A DNA stretch of 64,000 nt from Escherichia coli. GTDB lineage: Bacteria; Pseudomonadota; Gammaproteobacteria; Enterobacterales; Enterobacteriaceae. The stretch is taken from the NCBI RefSeq assembly GCF_030013595.1, contig NZ_CP122768.1; one strand, written 5' to 3'. Below the pieces are notes generated by a model. That model worked only from the letters and a program-made list of their open reading frames with translations, was not told where the DNA came from and did not search any database. The stretch's first letter is position 1. The number at the start of each line of letters is the position of its first letter. The position numbers were made by a program, and so were the translations under genes. This document shows, piece by piece, positions 32,443 through 42,355 of this stretch.

Positions 32443-33613
32443 TTCTGATTTAGACGATTTGGCAGCAGAACTTGCCGAGTTTGCACCACCTGAGAAGAAA
32501 AAAGGACGTCCAGCCAGCGAGGAACGCATCATAGCCGGTTTTGAAGAGATCCAGCGCTTTACTGAGCAACATGGGCGTGTCCCGCAACATGGCGAAGAGC
32601 GTGATATCTTCGAGCGTCTCTATGCAGTGCGGCTCGACCGCCTACGCAGTCTCCCAGACTGCCGTGCCTTGCTAGAGCCACTGGATCATCAGGGCTTATT
32701 AGCTGGAGGGGGCGATGTAGCGGAGTCTGCGGACGAAATTATCGATATCGATAACTTGGCTGCCGAACTGGCGGATGTTTCCAGCGAGGACGATATCACG
32801 GTCTTGCGTCATGTTCGTGCTAGCACCGAAAAGCGCGTTGTACAAGGAGTTGCGGATCGCAAGCCGTGCGAGGATTTTGATGCGTTCAAACCACTATTTG
32901 AGCAGGTACGCAATGATCTAAGTTCAGGGTTAAGAGTGACCCGACCTTTTGGGCAGTATGCAACGATTGAAGTGGGTCATTGGTTTATCCTGGATGGTCA
33001 AACGGCTTATGTGTCTGAGGAAGGTGAAGAGTTCGATTCTCCACAGGGGAAGAAAGATGCTCGGCTGCGTGTCATTTATTCGAATGGTACAGAAAGCAAC
33101 CTACTTCGGCTGTCATTGGTTCGTGCTTTGTATAAAGACGAAACAGCGCGTCGAATTACCGATCCAGACATGGGGCCTTTATTCAGCGATGCTCTAGAAG
33201 AGAGCGATCTAGAAAGTGGCACTATTTATGTGTTGCGTTCGCTATCTGATAACCCTTATGTAGCTGAACATCGTGATGTCATTCACAAGATTGGAGTGAC
33301 TGGCGGCAAAGTAGAGGCGCGTATTGCCAATGCGGAACACGATTCCACCTATCTGTTAGCGAAAGTCGAGGTGGTAGCTTCATACAAGCTTGCAGGCATC
33401 AACAGCACCCGGATGGAAAACCTGTTTCACAGGTTGTTTGCACCCGCAAGGCTTAACATTACCATTAACGACCGTTTCGGCCATCCAGTGCAGCCCGAGG
33501 AATGGTTTCTCGTTCCGTTATTCGTTATCGATGAGGCTGTTGCACGTATTAAGGATGGTAGCATCATTGGGTATGTTTATGACCCCATGTCTGCGAAACT
33601 GGTGAAGGCATAG
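32435..33613 (+). CDS. Protein with C-terminal T5orf172 / GIY-YIG-superfamily domain
   Basis: 392 aa; start ATG 32435 overlaps the helicase stop by 8 nt and has GGAGGG SD; C-terminus GTIYVLRS...HKIGVTGGKVEARI...ENLFHRLF...EEWFLVP matches the T5orf172/GIY-YIG pattern; N-terminus has two acidic repeats DLDDLAAELAEF and DIDNLAAELADV. Confidence 0.7.
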   Translation: MNNSDLDDLAAELAEFAPPEKKKGRPASEERIIAGFEEIQRFTEQHGRVPQHGEERDIFERLYAVRLDRLRSLPDCRALLEPLDHQGLLAGGGDVAESADEIIDIDNLAAELADVSSEDDITVLRHVRASTEKRVVQGVADRKPCEDFDAFKPLFEQVRNDLSSGLRVTRPFGQYATIEVGHWFILDGQTAYVSEEGEEFDSPQGKKDARLRVIYSNGTESNLLRLSLVRALYKDETARRITDPDMGPLFSDALEESDLESGTIYVLRSLSDNPYVAEHRDVIHKIGVTGGKVEARIANAEHDSTYLLAKVEVVASYKLAGINSTRMENLFHRLFAPARLNITINDRFGHPVQPEEWFLVPLFVIDEAVARIKDGSIIGYVYDPMSAKLVKA

Positions 33614-33650
33614 TGAAGTGACACACTGAATTTGGCCACCTGTTCTGAGG
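33614..33650 (+). repeat. IS3-family (IS911-like) terminal inverted-repeat-like sequence abutting the stop codon of the T5orf172 gene
   Basis: TGAAGTGACACACTGAATTTGGCCACC starts one base after the TAG stop; shares TGAAGTG...GGCCACC termini with the IR at 33838-33864. Confidence 0.5.
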
Positions 33651-33837
33651 TGAGTATATCACCTCAGAACAGCACAGGAATAAAAGATACTGATTTGAAT
33701 GTGCCTATACTTTGTGATGTGAGGATCAATGAATAGTAACCTGATCAAGATATGTTACCGTGGTGAGACTGGTGAAAGTGGTGAAAGTGATCTAAGAACA
33801 TTGATACTTGGTGAGATTCTATATATCTCACTATGAA

Positions 33838-34262
<425 letters not shown>

Positions 34263-34426
34263 TAAGCGTCGTCTGAGTACCGTCTGGTCCCGAATCCAGG
34301 ATCCTGTAACTTAAGCACCCACTTATTTTGCAGGTGGACACCTCATGCGCACCAAAGAACGACTCCCCCGGAAACGCTATTCTCCTGAATTTAAAATGGA
34401 ACTGGTCAGGCTGGCCCTTGAACAAG

Positions 34427-36191
34427 ATATCACGAACGGTGCAATAGTGGTTCTTCCGCAACTTGGGTGGAAGAAAATGGATGAAACTTTCTGGTGAACA
34501 AGGATCTAAGCTGTTTTAAGTTATGGGCAACGCAATGCACTCTCTTAAGACACTTCTACAGTTACCTTGCGGATGGCGATGCAGTCGACAAATTATTAGC
34601 TCTGACGGTATCACCCTCCATCTCCACGGAAAACGCAAAACAGCACAATGTCCTGAATGCTCTAAGCGTAGCGACTCTGTTCATAGTTCTCGTCGGCGCC
34701 GGATACAGCATCTACCCTGCTCCGGGCAGACGCTATGGCTTGTATTTTCCGTCCGCCACTGGTACTGCCGTAACCCGGCTTGTTCACGTAAAATTTTTGC
34801 CGAGTCGCTTGCTCCCTTCGCCGGTTCACACCAGCAGTCTTCACAGGCGTTACAAAATTTACAACGTCAACTGGGATTAATAGCTGGAGGTGAGGCTGGA
34901 AAACGGGCTGCAACGGCAGCGGGTCTCCGTTGCAGTGCTGATACTCTTCTTCGCAGGGTTATCAATACCCCGGAGACGAAACAGTCAGGCGCGCCTCATG
35001 TCGGTATTGATGAGTGGGCGTGGCATCGGGGCCACTGCTGCGGTATGTTAATAGTCAATCTTGATACTCACCGTCCCCTCGTCCTGCTTCCCGGCCGTGA
35101 TCAGCGTACGCTGGCGACCTGGTTCAGAAAATATCCGGAAATACAGGTTGTCTCGCGTGATCGCAGTGGAGTCTATGCGACAGCAGCACGTGAAGGTGCA
35201 CCTCAGGCCAGACAGGTGGCCGATCGATGGCACCTGCTAAAAAATATTGGTGATGAGCCTGAACGAATGATGTACAGACATATACCTCTGATACGTCTTG
35301 TTGCCAGTGAGTTGTCACCAAAGAAATCACCTGAGCCAGAACTGTCTGTGCCTGCAGCATCGCTCCGTCGTCCGGAACGCCTTAAACAGCAAACCCGCAA
35401 AAAACGGCATCAGCGTTGGACAGAGGTTATGGCCCTGCATAACAAGGGATGTAGTTTCAGGGAAATATCCCGTATTACAGGCCTGTCGCGTGTGACAGTC
35501 AGTCGCTGAGTACGTTCAGGAACATTCCCTGAAATGTCAACCCGACCTCCAAAGCGAGGGCTTTTGGACCCATGGAGGGAGTGGTTAAAAGAGCAACGAG
35601 AAAGTGGGAATTATAACGCCAGCCGGATAATGGCGGGAAATGGTGGTCCGGGGGTTTACAGGCAGTGAAACCATTGTCAGGGATACTGTTGCCAAATGGC
35701 GTAAAGGCTGGATCCCACCGGTTACTACTGCCGTCAGACTTCCTTCAGTGTCCCGGGTAAGGCGCTGGTTGATGCCCTGGAGAATAATCAGGGATGAAGA
35801 AAATTATGCTTCCCGATTTATTAGTCTGATGTGTGAAAAAGAACCGGAGCTGAAAATAGCGCAGCAACTGGTACTCGAGTTCTACCGTATTCTGAAAACC
35901 CAAAATAAATCACAGCTTAGCAGCTGGTTCACTCGAGTCCACGAAAGCGGTTCAGCAGAACTTCGGCGCGTGGCTGCGGGGATGGAAGCTGATGCTGCGG
36001 CTATATGTGAGGCAATCAGCAGTCGCTGGAGTAATGGTGTTGTCGAAGGTCATGTAAATCGCCTGAAGATGTTGAAACGCCAGATGTATGGTCGAGCCGG
36101 ATTTGAACTGCTCAGGCAGAGGGTCATGAGTCCACTGGCATGAAAATCTCCACCCAAGTTGCGGAAGAACCACTTTTCATCCGTCGTTGAC
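34427..36191 (+). mobile_element. ISL3-family insertion sequence nested in IS66 tnpA
   Basis: Perfect 23 bp terminal inverted repeats ggttcttccgcaacttgggtgga (34449-34471) and tccacccaagttgcggaagaacc (36149-36171), extending imperfectly outward; removing 34427-36196 restores the IS66 tnpA frame. Confidence 0.75.
34523..36143 (+). pseudogene. ISL3-family transposase, disrupted by an in-frame stop and a frameshift
   Basis: Two ORFs (34523-35509 and 35640-36143); N-terminal zinc-finger-like HLHGKRKTAQCPECS and C-terminal WSNGVVEGHVNRLKMLKRQMYGRAGFELLRQRV typical of ISL3 transposases; TGA at 35507-35509 followed by a frame change. Confidence 0.75.
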
Positions 36192-36498
36192 ACAAGAGGG
36201 CAGTATCGCTGCTCTGGCCCGTCAACATGACGTCAACGATAATCTGCTCTTTAAATGGATAAGGCTCTAGCAACGTGAAGGGCGGGCGGGTCTGTCGACC
36301 CCGAAAAAATGCATCGTCGCTTCCTGCCCTGATACCCGTGCAACTTCAGGCGGAGCCTTCTCTCCCGGCATTCGAACCACCATCCTGTTCACCTACCACT
36401 GCCTGCCACATAAAATGTCGGGGCGGAGAAATAACACTGACCTCTCCCTCAGTTGAGCTTATGAGCACTGTCCTGCGCGAACTGATGCGGGGGTCTGT

Positions 36499-36840
36499 AT
36501 GATAAATCTTCCCGCAGGCACAAAAATCTGGCTGGTTGCCGGTATCACCGATATGCGCAACGGCTTCAATGGTCTCGCCGCAAAGGTGCAGACAGCGTTG
36601 AAAGATGACCCGATGTCCGGCCACGTCTTCATCTTCCGGGGCCGCAGCGGCAGTCAGGTCAAACTGCTGTGGTCCACCGGCGACGGACTGTGCCTGCTGA
36701 CCAAAAGGCTGGAGCGTGGCCGCTTCGCCTGGCCGTCGACCCGCGATGGCAAAGTGTTCCTGACGCCGGCGCAGCTGGCGATGCTGATGGAAGGTATCGA
36801 CTGGCGACAGCCAAAGCGGTTACTGACGTCCCTGACATGT
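36499..36840 (+). CDS. tnpB: IS66-family TnpB (orf2)
   Basis: MINLPAGTKIWLVAGITDMRNGFNGLAAKVQTALKDDPMSGHVFIFRGRSGSQVKLLW...GIDWRQPKR matches IS66 orf2; ATGA overlap with preceding tnpA frame; 3' end merges into the truncation junction. Confidence 0.7.
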
Positions 36841-37684
36841 TGTAGCCCAGGTCTTCTTCGTTGATAAAGTTCACATCCAGAGGATGGATACTTCCTGTAG
36901 CCCGTAATATCGTCGGTTCAATATCCTGCACATTCATCGGGATCACCGATGCAAGAAAAGCCCATTGATCAGAATAAGGCTGGAAATTAATATCAACAAA
37001 AACGCTTCCCCCCGATGCACGCGGTCTTTTTTGCAGAGGTAACGCGATAAGATTACCAAATCCTCCTTTTGGCATAGTATCCTGATTAGGAAATAATCGG
37101 TCATAAGAACTCAATTGCAGCTGTCGGGTCCGGCTGCACGTATAGCTAATAATAGCAGTCCCCAGACGGCGAGCTTCGCGGGCCGAAACTCGTGAAGCAA
37201 AAAATATCCAGACATGCGCTCCCTGACGTGAGCGGGATATTTCCAGCGCAGCAGGTACACTCAGCTCATCACAGGCTCGCATGAACGCGGATGCATCCTT
37301 CTGCCATTCAGCTTTATCAAAATCAACAGCCAGAAAATAACAGGAATCATCTTCCAGCAACGGATATAACCCGGCAGTATGCGTGCCTGCCAGATGCTGG
37401 TAGATGACAAGATCAGATACAGGGAGTAACTGACGGTGCGTACAGTCCCCGCATTTTATCCGGGGTTTACCGCATATTCTCGCCTGCCATTCGTTAGCGC
37501 AGGCAGGAGAGTACCCTGATTTGCCGCTGGTTTTACTTTCCCAACGAAGGGCCCATATATCATCACGCCCACGAAACAACCGACGAAATAATGCAACCTT
37601 CTCGTCGGTGGATAATACGGAAACGCGCTGCACAGGGCTCGGCGGTTTACGTCGCCATTCCAAGTAATGAGACCAGACGGGCAT
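36841..37684 (-). pseudogene. Archaeo-eukaryotic primase (AEP / Prim-Pol)-like gene, 3'-truncated by the IS66 remnant
   Basis: N-terminal LFRRLFRGRDDIWALRWE, DxD motif FLAVDFDK, GAHVWIFF and GGFGNLIALP motifs; the last third of the listed 341 aa ORF is antisense IS66 tnpB sequence. Confidence 0.6.
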
Positions 37685-37887
37685 TTTCTGCCCTCAATGC
37701 AGCTAATTCATCGCTGTCAGATTTATGAACCATATTCGTTACCTGTATCCGATCCACTGAGGCACCACGGCAGAAATTCGGGTCCCCTACACTGATGACA
37801 AAGCGCCCCGCCCTCTTCTGCCTATTAACTCAAGCACCTCCCAACAACTTACAGAAACTTAATTCTAATACCTAATACAGCTGTAAT

Positions 37888-38451
37888 TCAGTTGTGTCGT
37901 GGTCGGCCCCGGTTACTTTTTTCGGGAAGCCTGCTACGGCCCAGAATAATACCGTGTTCTTTCTGATCCTGTTTAGCCAGGTAGCTGAGGGCGTAACGTA
38001 AGTCGTCTACCGCGGACTTATCACTATAGTGAATCACGTGATCGATACGCACCGGGTATTTATCTTTAGCCCGGCACAGATGAAAATAACCATCCCCTTC
38101 CGTGATCCGCCTCCAGATATCTCCCAGTTGCCTGGATATCTGATAAGAGTTCTTGTGACGTTGTCCATCCAGGTAGCCGATAAAATGAATATGAAGCCCT
38201 TTGTCTGGTGTATATTCCATAACCCAGTAATATCCTGCCAACATCGTTTGGTTTTCGCTAAGTAAACGGTATATTTCCATACACATACTGTGCTTACAGG
38301 AATGCCCGAAACTGGGCGTGTATTTCCTGTAGGCAAAATCAATTCTGAAAGGTAACAGTTTAGAAAAACGTTGAAACAGACCTTCCATGTGTTCATTCAC
38401 ATCTTTCAGAATCGCGAAATTCATTTCGTAATTGGGATTGGCATTATACAT
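37888..38451 (-). CDS. YagK/YfjJ-family (inovirus Gp2-like) protein
   Basis: 187 aa; recalled family resemblance and conserved position next to DUF3987/alpA in CP4-like islands. Confidence 0.65.
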   Translation of the reverse strand: MYNANPNYEMNFAILKDVNEHMEGLFQRFSKLLPFRIDFAYRKYTPSFGHSCKHSMCMEIYRLLSENQTMLAGYYWVMEYTPDKGLHIHFIGYLDGQRHKNSYQISRQLGDIWRRITEGDGYFHLCRAKDKYPVRIDHVIHYSDKSAVDDLRYALSYLAKQDQKEHGIILGRSRLPEKSNRGRPRHN

Positions 38452-38581
38452 TTTATAGTCCTTACTTTATAAAATTCACAGGAAGAGGGAATTACGTAAA
38501 TACTGAGAGTACATAAACGCCGTACCACGGCATTAATAAACGAGGTAACCAGCAGTACAGACAACCTGATAAAACTGTTTG

Positions 38582-38609
38582 GTATTACCTCATTACAATG
38601 AGGTAATAC
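38582..38609. promoter_or_regulatory. Perfect 13 bp palindrome (gtattacctcatt ac aatgaggtaatac) upstream of the YagK-like gene
   Basis: Exact inverted repeat with 2 bp spacer, about 130 bp upstream of the start codon inside a roughly 970 bp AT-rich non-coding region. Confidence 0.35.
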
Positions 38610-39423
38610 TTCAGAATACAGTGAGGCTCTCTTAAACAGAGGACTAGTAAGAATTACAATGGCAAAAACACACCTCATAGAATTAAGTTTAAGGAAGTAC
38701 CATTCAATCACTTACAGGAAGTAATCTGATCTTCACAAAAGTCAGCTATCGAATAGCCACAGGCAACATCGCTATTAATATTGCCGTACCATTAAGTAAA
38801 AACAGGGACTCTGCAGAGAGAGCCTACAGATATTTAACCTCACAATAAGAAGATTATTTTATACAGAAAATATTATATTTACCCATACTTATAAACTGTA
38901 ATGGAGCTATAACATACGAACTAAAGACAATATACTCTAATAGTGTTCTGGTACGTAACTAGTGTTAAATACAAACCAGACATACATTCAGTGGATTAAC
39001 TATCTCAATATTACGCTATGAGCGTAGTAACATAATTTACACATAACTAAACCCCATACACCTCCACACTGTAGTATATGGGATAGACGCATTACGCACA
39101 TACAGAATACTCAGCATAACATAAAGAGGAGTGACATTACGATAAAAAGAGACAACATAACAGATAACATAACTCCCATTAATAATACTAATTAACCTAA
39201 ATTATTTATTGAATACGAAAACAATGAAGGCCCCACCTCACCTCAGACTAAAGCCGACAATATCCTGAGCAACAGGATATCCAATAGTAAATAGTGGTTA
39301 CACCAGTTATATTTACTGACTGACCTGTACCAGAGTTTTCTAATACAACGCTGACATGGTAAAGGCATTAGTCTCCTCCGCAAGTAGCAGAGGAGACTAT
39401 ATGTTAGTCAACGATTAAGTTGT

Positions 39424-40874
39424 TCAGAGGTCAAAGTTAGGTGCGACACACAACGTTTTTCCCTCAATAACCGGTACAACTCTGTTTTGTTCATACAGTA
39501 AATCCAGTAACCAGTTGATTTTATCCTTTTTCCGGAAACGGTTCGGACCACGCTGTAAAATGTCATTTTTTTTCATACAGAGGATCCCCTTCTCAATGCA
39601 ATAGCTTTTTATCCAGTTGAAAAGTTCAAGCTCCTCTGGAATGAGTCGCACAGGTACGGTCAGGGCAGGGTTGTCAAAAGTTAACGGATTAGACAACCGC
39701 ACATACTCATTACCGTACCATATTGCTAATTCTCTCGCCATTTCTGCAATGTAAGGGGAAATCTCCCCCTCCTCACCGCTCGAATGGTAAATAAGTCCTG
39801 CCAGTCTTGCCATATACTCTGCATTTTTAGCAGCATATTCCCGGCAATGTCTTAAAGGCCCCAATCCCCCCAGCTTCGATTCCACATCATTGTAATAATC
39901 CGTCCAGATTCTGGCAGCCTGAGGAGAAAAGTGAAGGCAACGTCGTTCACCACTCATCGCCAGACTTTCATCAATAAGCTCATTGATCCTCTGTTCAAAC
40001 AAATCCTGATACTGTGATGAATAATTATCTCCGGTTATTATCCTTGTCCCCTGCGTTGATGTTGGTTGACACATCAAAAACCTTGCATGATGTCCTGACG
40101 TTTTCACAAGTTCTTTTTTTCGCGTACAAAAACCTTTGTGGTAAACATCAGGCTGAATCATCGCCGACATCGTCAGTCTTGGCTCCTTCAAATTAATTCC
40201 GGGAGATGATTTCCTGTCGATGAAAAGAGAACCTCCATCCCACAAAGTGTTAATAATTCCCAGTTTACTCATGGCCCGGCTGTCAAAAATTCCCCCCCTT
40301 CACTGGATACAAGAGCAAAAGAACGATTGCTATCGGAGTAATATTTTAACATTCCCTCTATCGTTGTCTCATTAAAAATTGTTCGACGTATCTGCGGCGG
40401 AACAGGAGACTTATTCAGATGCGTTTCAAGCTCTGATTCTGTTGCCTTGTAATCTTTACCGGCACGAATCTCTTTATGAAATTTTGATTCCAGCGCTTTT
40501 TGTTTTTGCTCCCATATTTCCTTTTCTGTGCTGTAATTCTCAACCAGTTTCGCGTATTCTTCCGCCAGGGCTTCATCCCTGAGATAAAATGCTTTCATAA
40601 ACACTTTATCCACGGTCGTTTTCCTTTCACCAGAATCAGCCAGAATCAGAGAGTAAAGATTAACAGGCCCACGTAAATTTCCAGGTCTGCACACGTCAAT
40701 CTGATTCTGACAGGCAATTGAGATCGCTGTTAATGCGGATGTCGCCACCATAGCCAAAGGTGCCTGTGTATTTTTTTGAGTTTCAATTATTGCATTTCTC
40801 ACCAGCGGTGGTAGTGCATATATCGGATAAGGATTTTCTGGTGCAAGTAAGCACATAAAAGCCTCTCTTTTCAT
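39424..40874 (-). pseudogene. YfjI-like DUF3987 protein gene split by a frameshift in a C7/G7 homopolymer
   Basis: Two ORFs (40874-40269, 201 aa; 40272-39424, 282 aa) in adjacent frames; both frames are open across the C7 run at 40292-40298 and one extra C would fuse them into about 483 aa. Confidence 0.6.
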
Positions 40875-41104
40875 TAATGGGTTAGTAAAGTAGCAGCAAC
40901 TCCCGCTATAATAGCGAAATAGCTGCTGTTCAGACCTAATGTTCTGAGAAATACAGAATATCTGTAGATCTGATGTTTAATAAACCGATAAGGTTAATTC
41001 AGTTCATACTGTGTTATTTACCACGAAATATCATTCATGTTTCTCATTCTTAACACCTCCTAAAATTATTTCACTAACACCTTCCCCCCGGTCTTTTTCC
41101 TTTC

Positions 41105-41332
41105 TCAGGAATCAGCCAGAACCATAGTGTAAATATTAACGGGCCCACGTAAATTTCCGGGGTTGCACACGTCAATCTGATTCTGACAGGCAATTGATAT
41201 CGCTGTTAATAATGATGTTGTAGTCATAGCCAGAGATGCTTTTTCATTGTGTTGAGTTTCAATTATTGCATTTCCAGTCATTGATGGTTGCGCATATACT
41301 GGATACGGAGTATCCGGTTTGATGTAAGACAT
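41105..41332 (-). pseudogene. Duplicated 5' fragment of the DUF3987 gene
   Basis: 75 aa ORF with an LAM..TS.LTAISIACQNQIDVC.PGNLRGPVN.Y core shared with the N-terminus of the ORF at 40874; flanking DNA 41100-41410 repeats 40620-40930 at roughly 80 percent identity. Confidence 0.55.
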
Positions 41333-41437
41333 AAATATTTCCTTTTTTCGTAATAACTTTCGGTTATAGCAGCTATTTCCGCTACAATAGCAACAATAGC
41401 TGCTATACAGACTGGATATACTGAAAATACAGACAGT

Positions 41438-41686
41438 TCATCTGGTCTGTATCCAGCAGAGAAGGTCACTTAACAACCATCCGCAAGATTTCTTTCCGAT
41501 AGACTTACGTGGTGGAAATGTTCCCTCCCGTTCAAGTTTCCACGCTTGTGTACGAGAAATTGACGTGATCTCATATCGTTCCTTTTCACGTACCAGTCTG
41601 TCGCATTCAATCCCATAAGCTTTCAAAATGACCAGACGCTGTTCATCTGTTAATGGAAGCCACATACTACCCTCCTGATATATCAA
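41438..41686 (-). CDS. alpA: AlpA-family phage/island transcriptional regulator (HTH)
   Basis: C-terminal YEITSISRTQAWKLEREGTFPPRKSIGKKSCGWLLSDLLCWI matches the AlpA HTH pattern; true start may be an internal Met. Confidence 0.7.
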   Translation of the reverse strand: MIYQEGSMWLPLTDEQRLVILKAYGIECDRLVREKERYEITSISRTQAWKLEREGTFPPRKSIGKKSCGWLLSDLLCWIQTR

Positions 41687-42355
41687 TACTTTTTATTTCC
41701 GGCATGAGCATGAAATGACTAAGTTTCCCGGATAAACAATGAGTGAAAGTCACTATCATTCATCCAGTCAACACCTTACAAATAAAATGTAATACTATGA
41801 TTTTTATAGGTCAAAATACTGAATTGAAATGTTAAAATGGCTTTTAATAGAAAAAATAAAGACATATAGAACCAAATAAAAACAAGCCGCGACCAATAAA
41901 AACAAAAATTAATATTAAAAATCCATTATGACGATTTTTGTTGACTAAAATTAGGTTGGGATATATAAATAAATCCATGTAAAATTCAAACAAAGCATGG
42001 AGGAGTCGCAGGAAGGTGAAATATTTCCATCTAATTTGTGATAATCATCACAAAAATAAGCTACAACAAGCGGAGGAAAAGACAATCTGTTGCTGAACAG
42101 ACAGAAGCAGGCTACGAATGATCGGAAAATGAAGCAAATACGCTTATACAGAAGACGCAGAGGTAACTGACGGAGACAATCACAATCAGGAGAAAATTAT
42201 CGTAAATAATGTATAAAATCTCAGGATATAAACAAATGTACACAAGCTATCCACGTAATCAGCGGCTGGCTCAGGATTAACGTTTCATTTCAGTGGACAA
42301 CATCGATTCTGTCTGACAGCGGACCAATATGTAGCAAGCAGAAACTTCTGACATC

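Larger units (their letters stand above)
34263..36840 (+). mobile_element. IS66-family element remnant (tnpA disrupted, tnpB present, tnpC absent), interrupted by an ISL3 element
   Basis: tnpA-like N-terminus MRTKERLPRKRYSPEFKMELVRLALEQ at 34345, continuing after the ISL3 insert as EGSIAALARQHDVNDNLLFKWIRL then frameshifted; tnpB at 36499; left end boundary uncertain. Confidence 0.65.

Noticed and set aside
33640-33672. Rho-independent terminator for the three-gene operon (14 bp perfect stem)
   Set aside because: No T-run follows and the hairpin lies inside the IS3-family end sequence that starts at 33614, so it is more likely part of the IS remnant
36659-37684. Listed 341 aa ORF taken as an intact protein
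   Set aside because: Only the N-terminal 270 aa are primase-like; the rest is antisense translation of IS66 tnpB, so the gene is truncated rather than intact
39424-40874. Two separate translationally coupled genes with ATGA overlap
   Set aside because: Both frames are open across a C7 homopolymer just upstream of the overlap and fuse with a single extra base, so a frameshifted single gene is the more economical reading; not fully excluded
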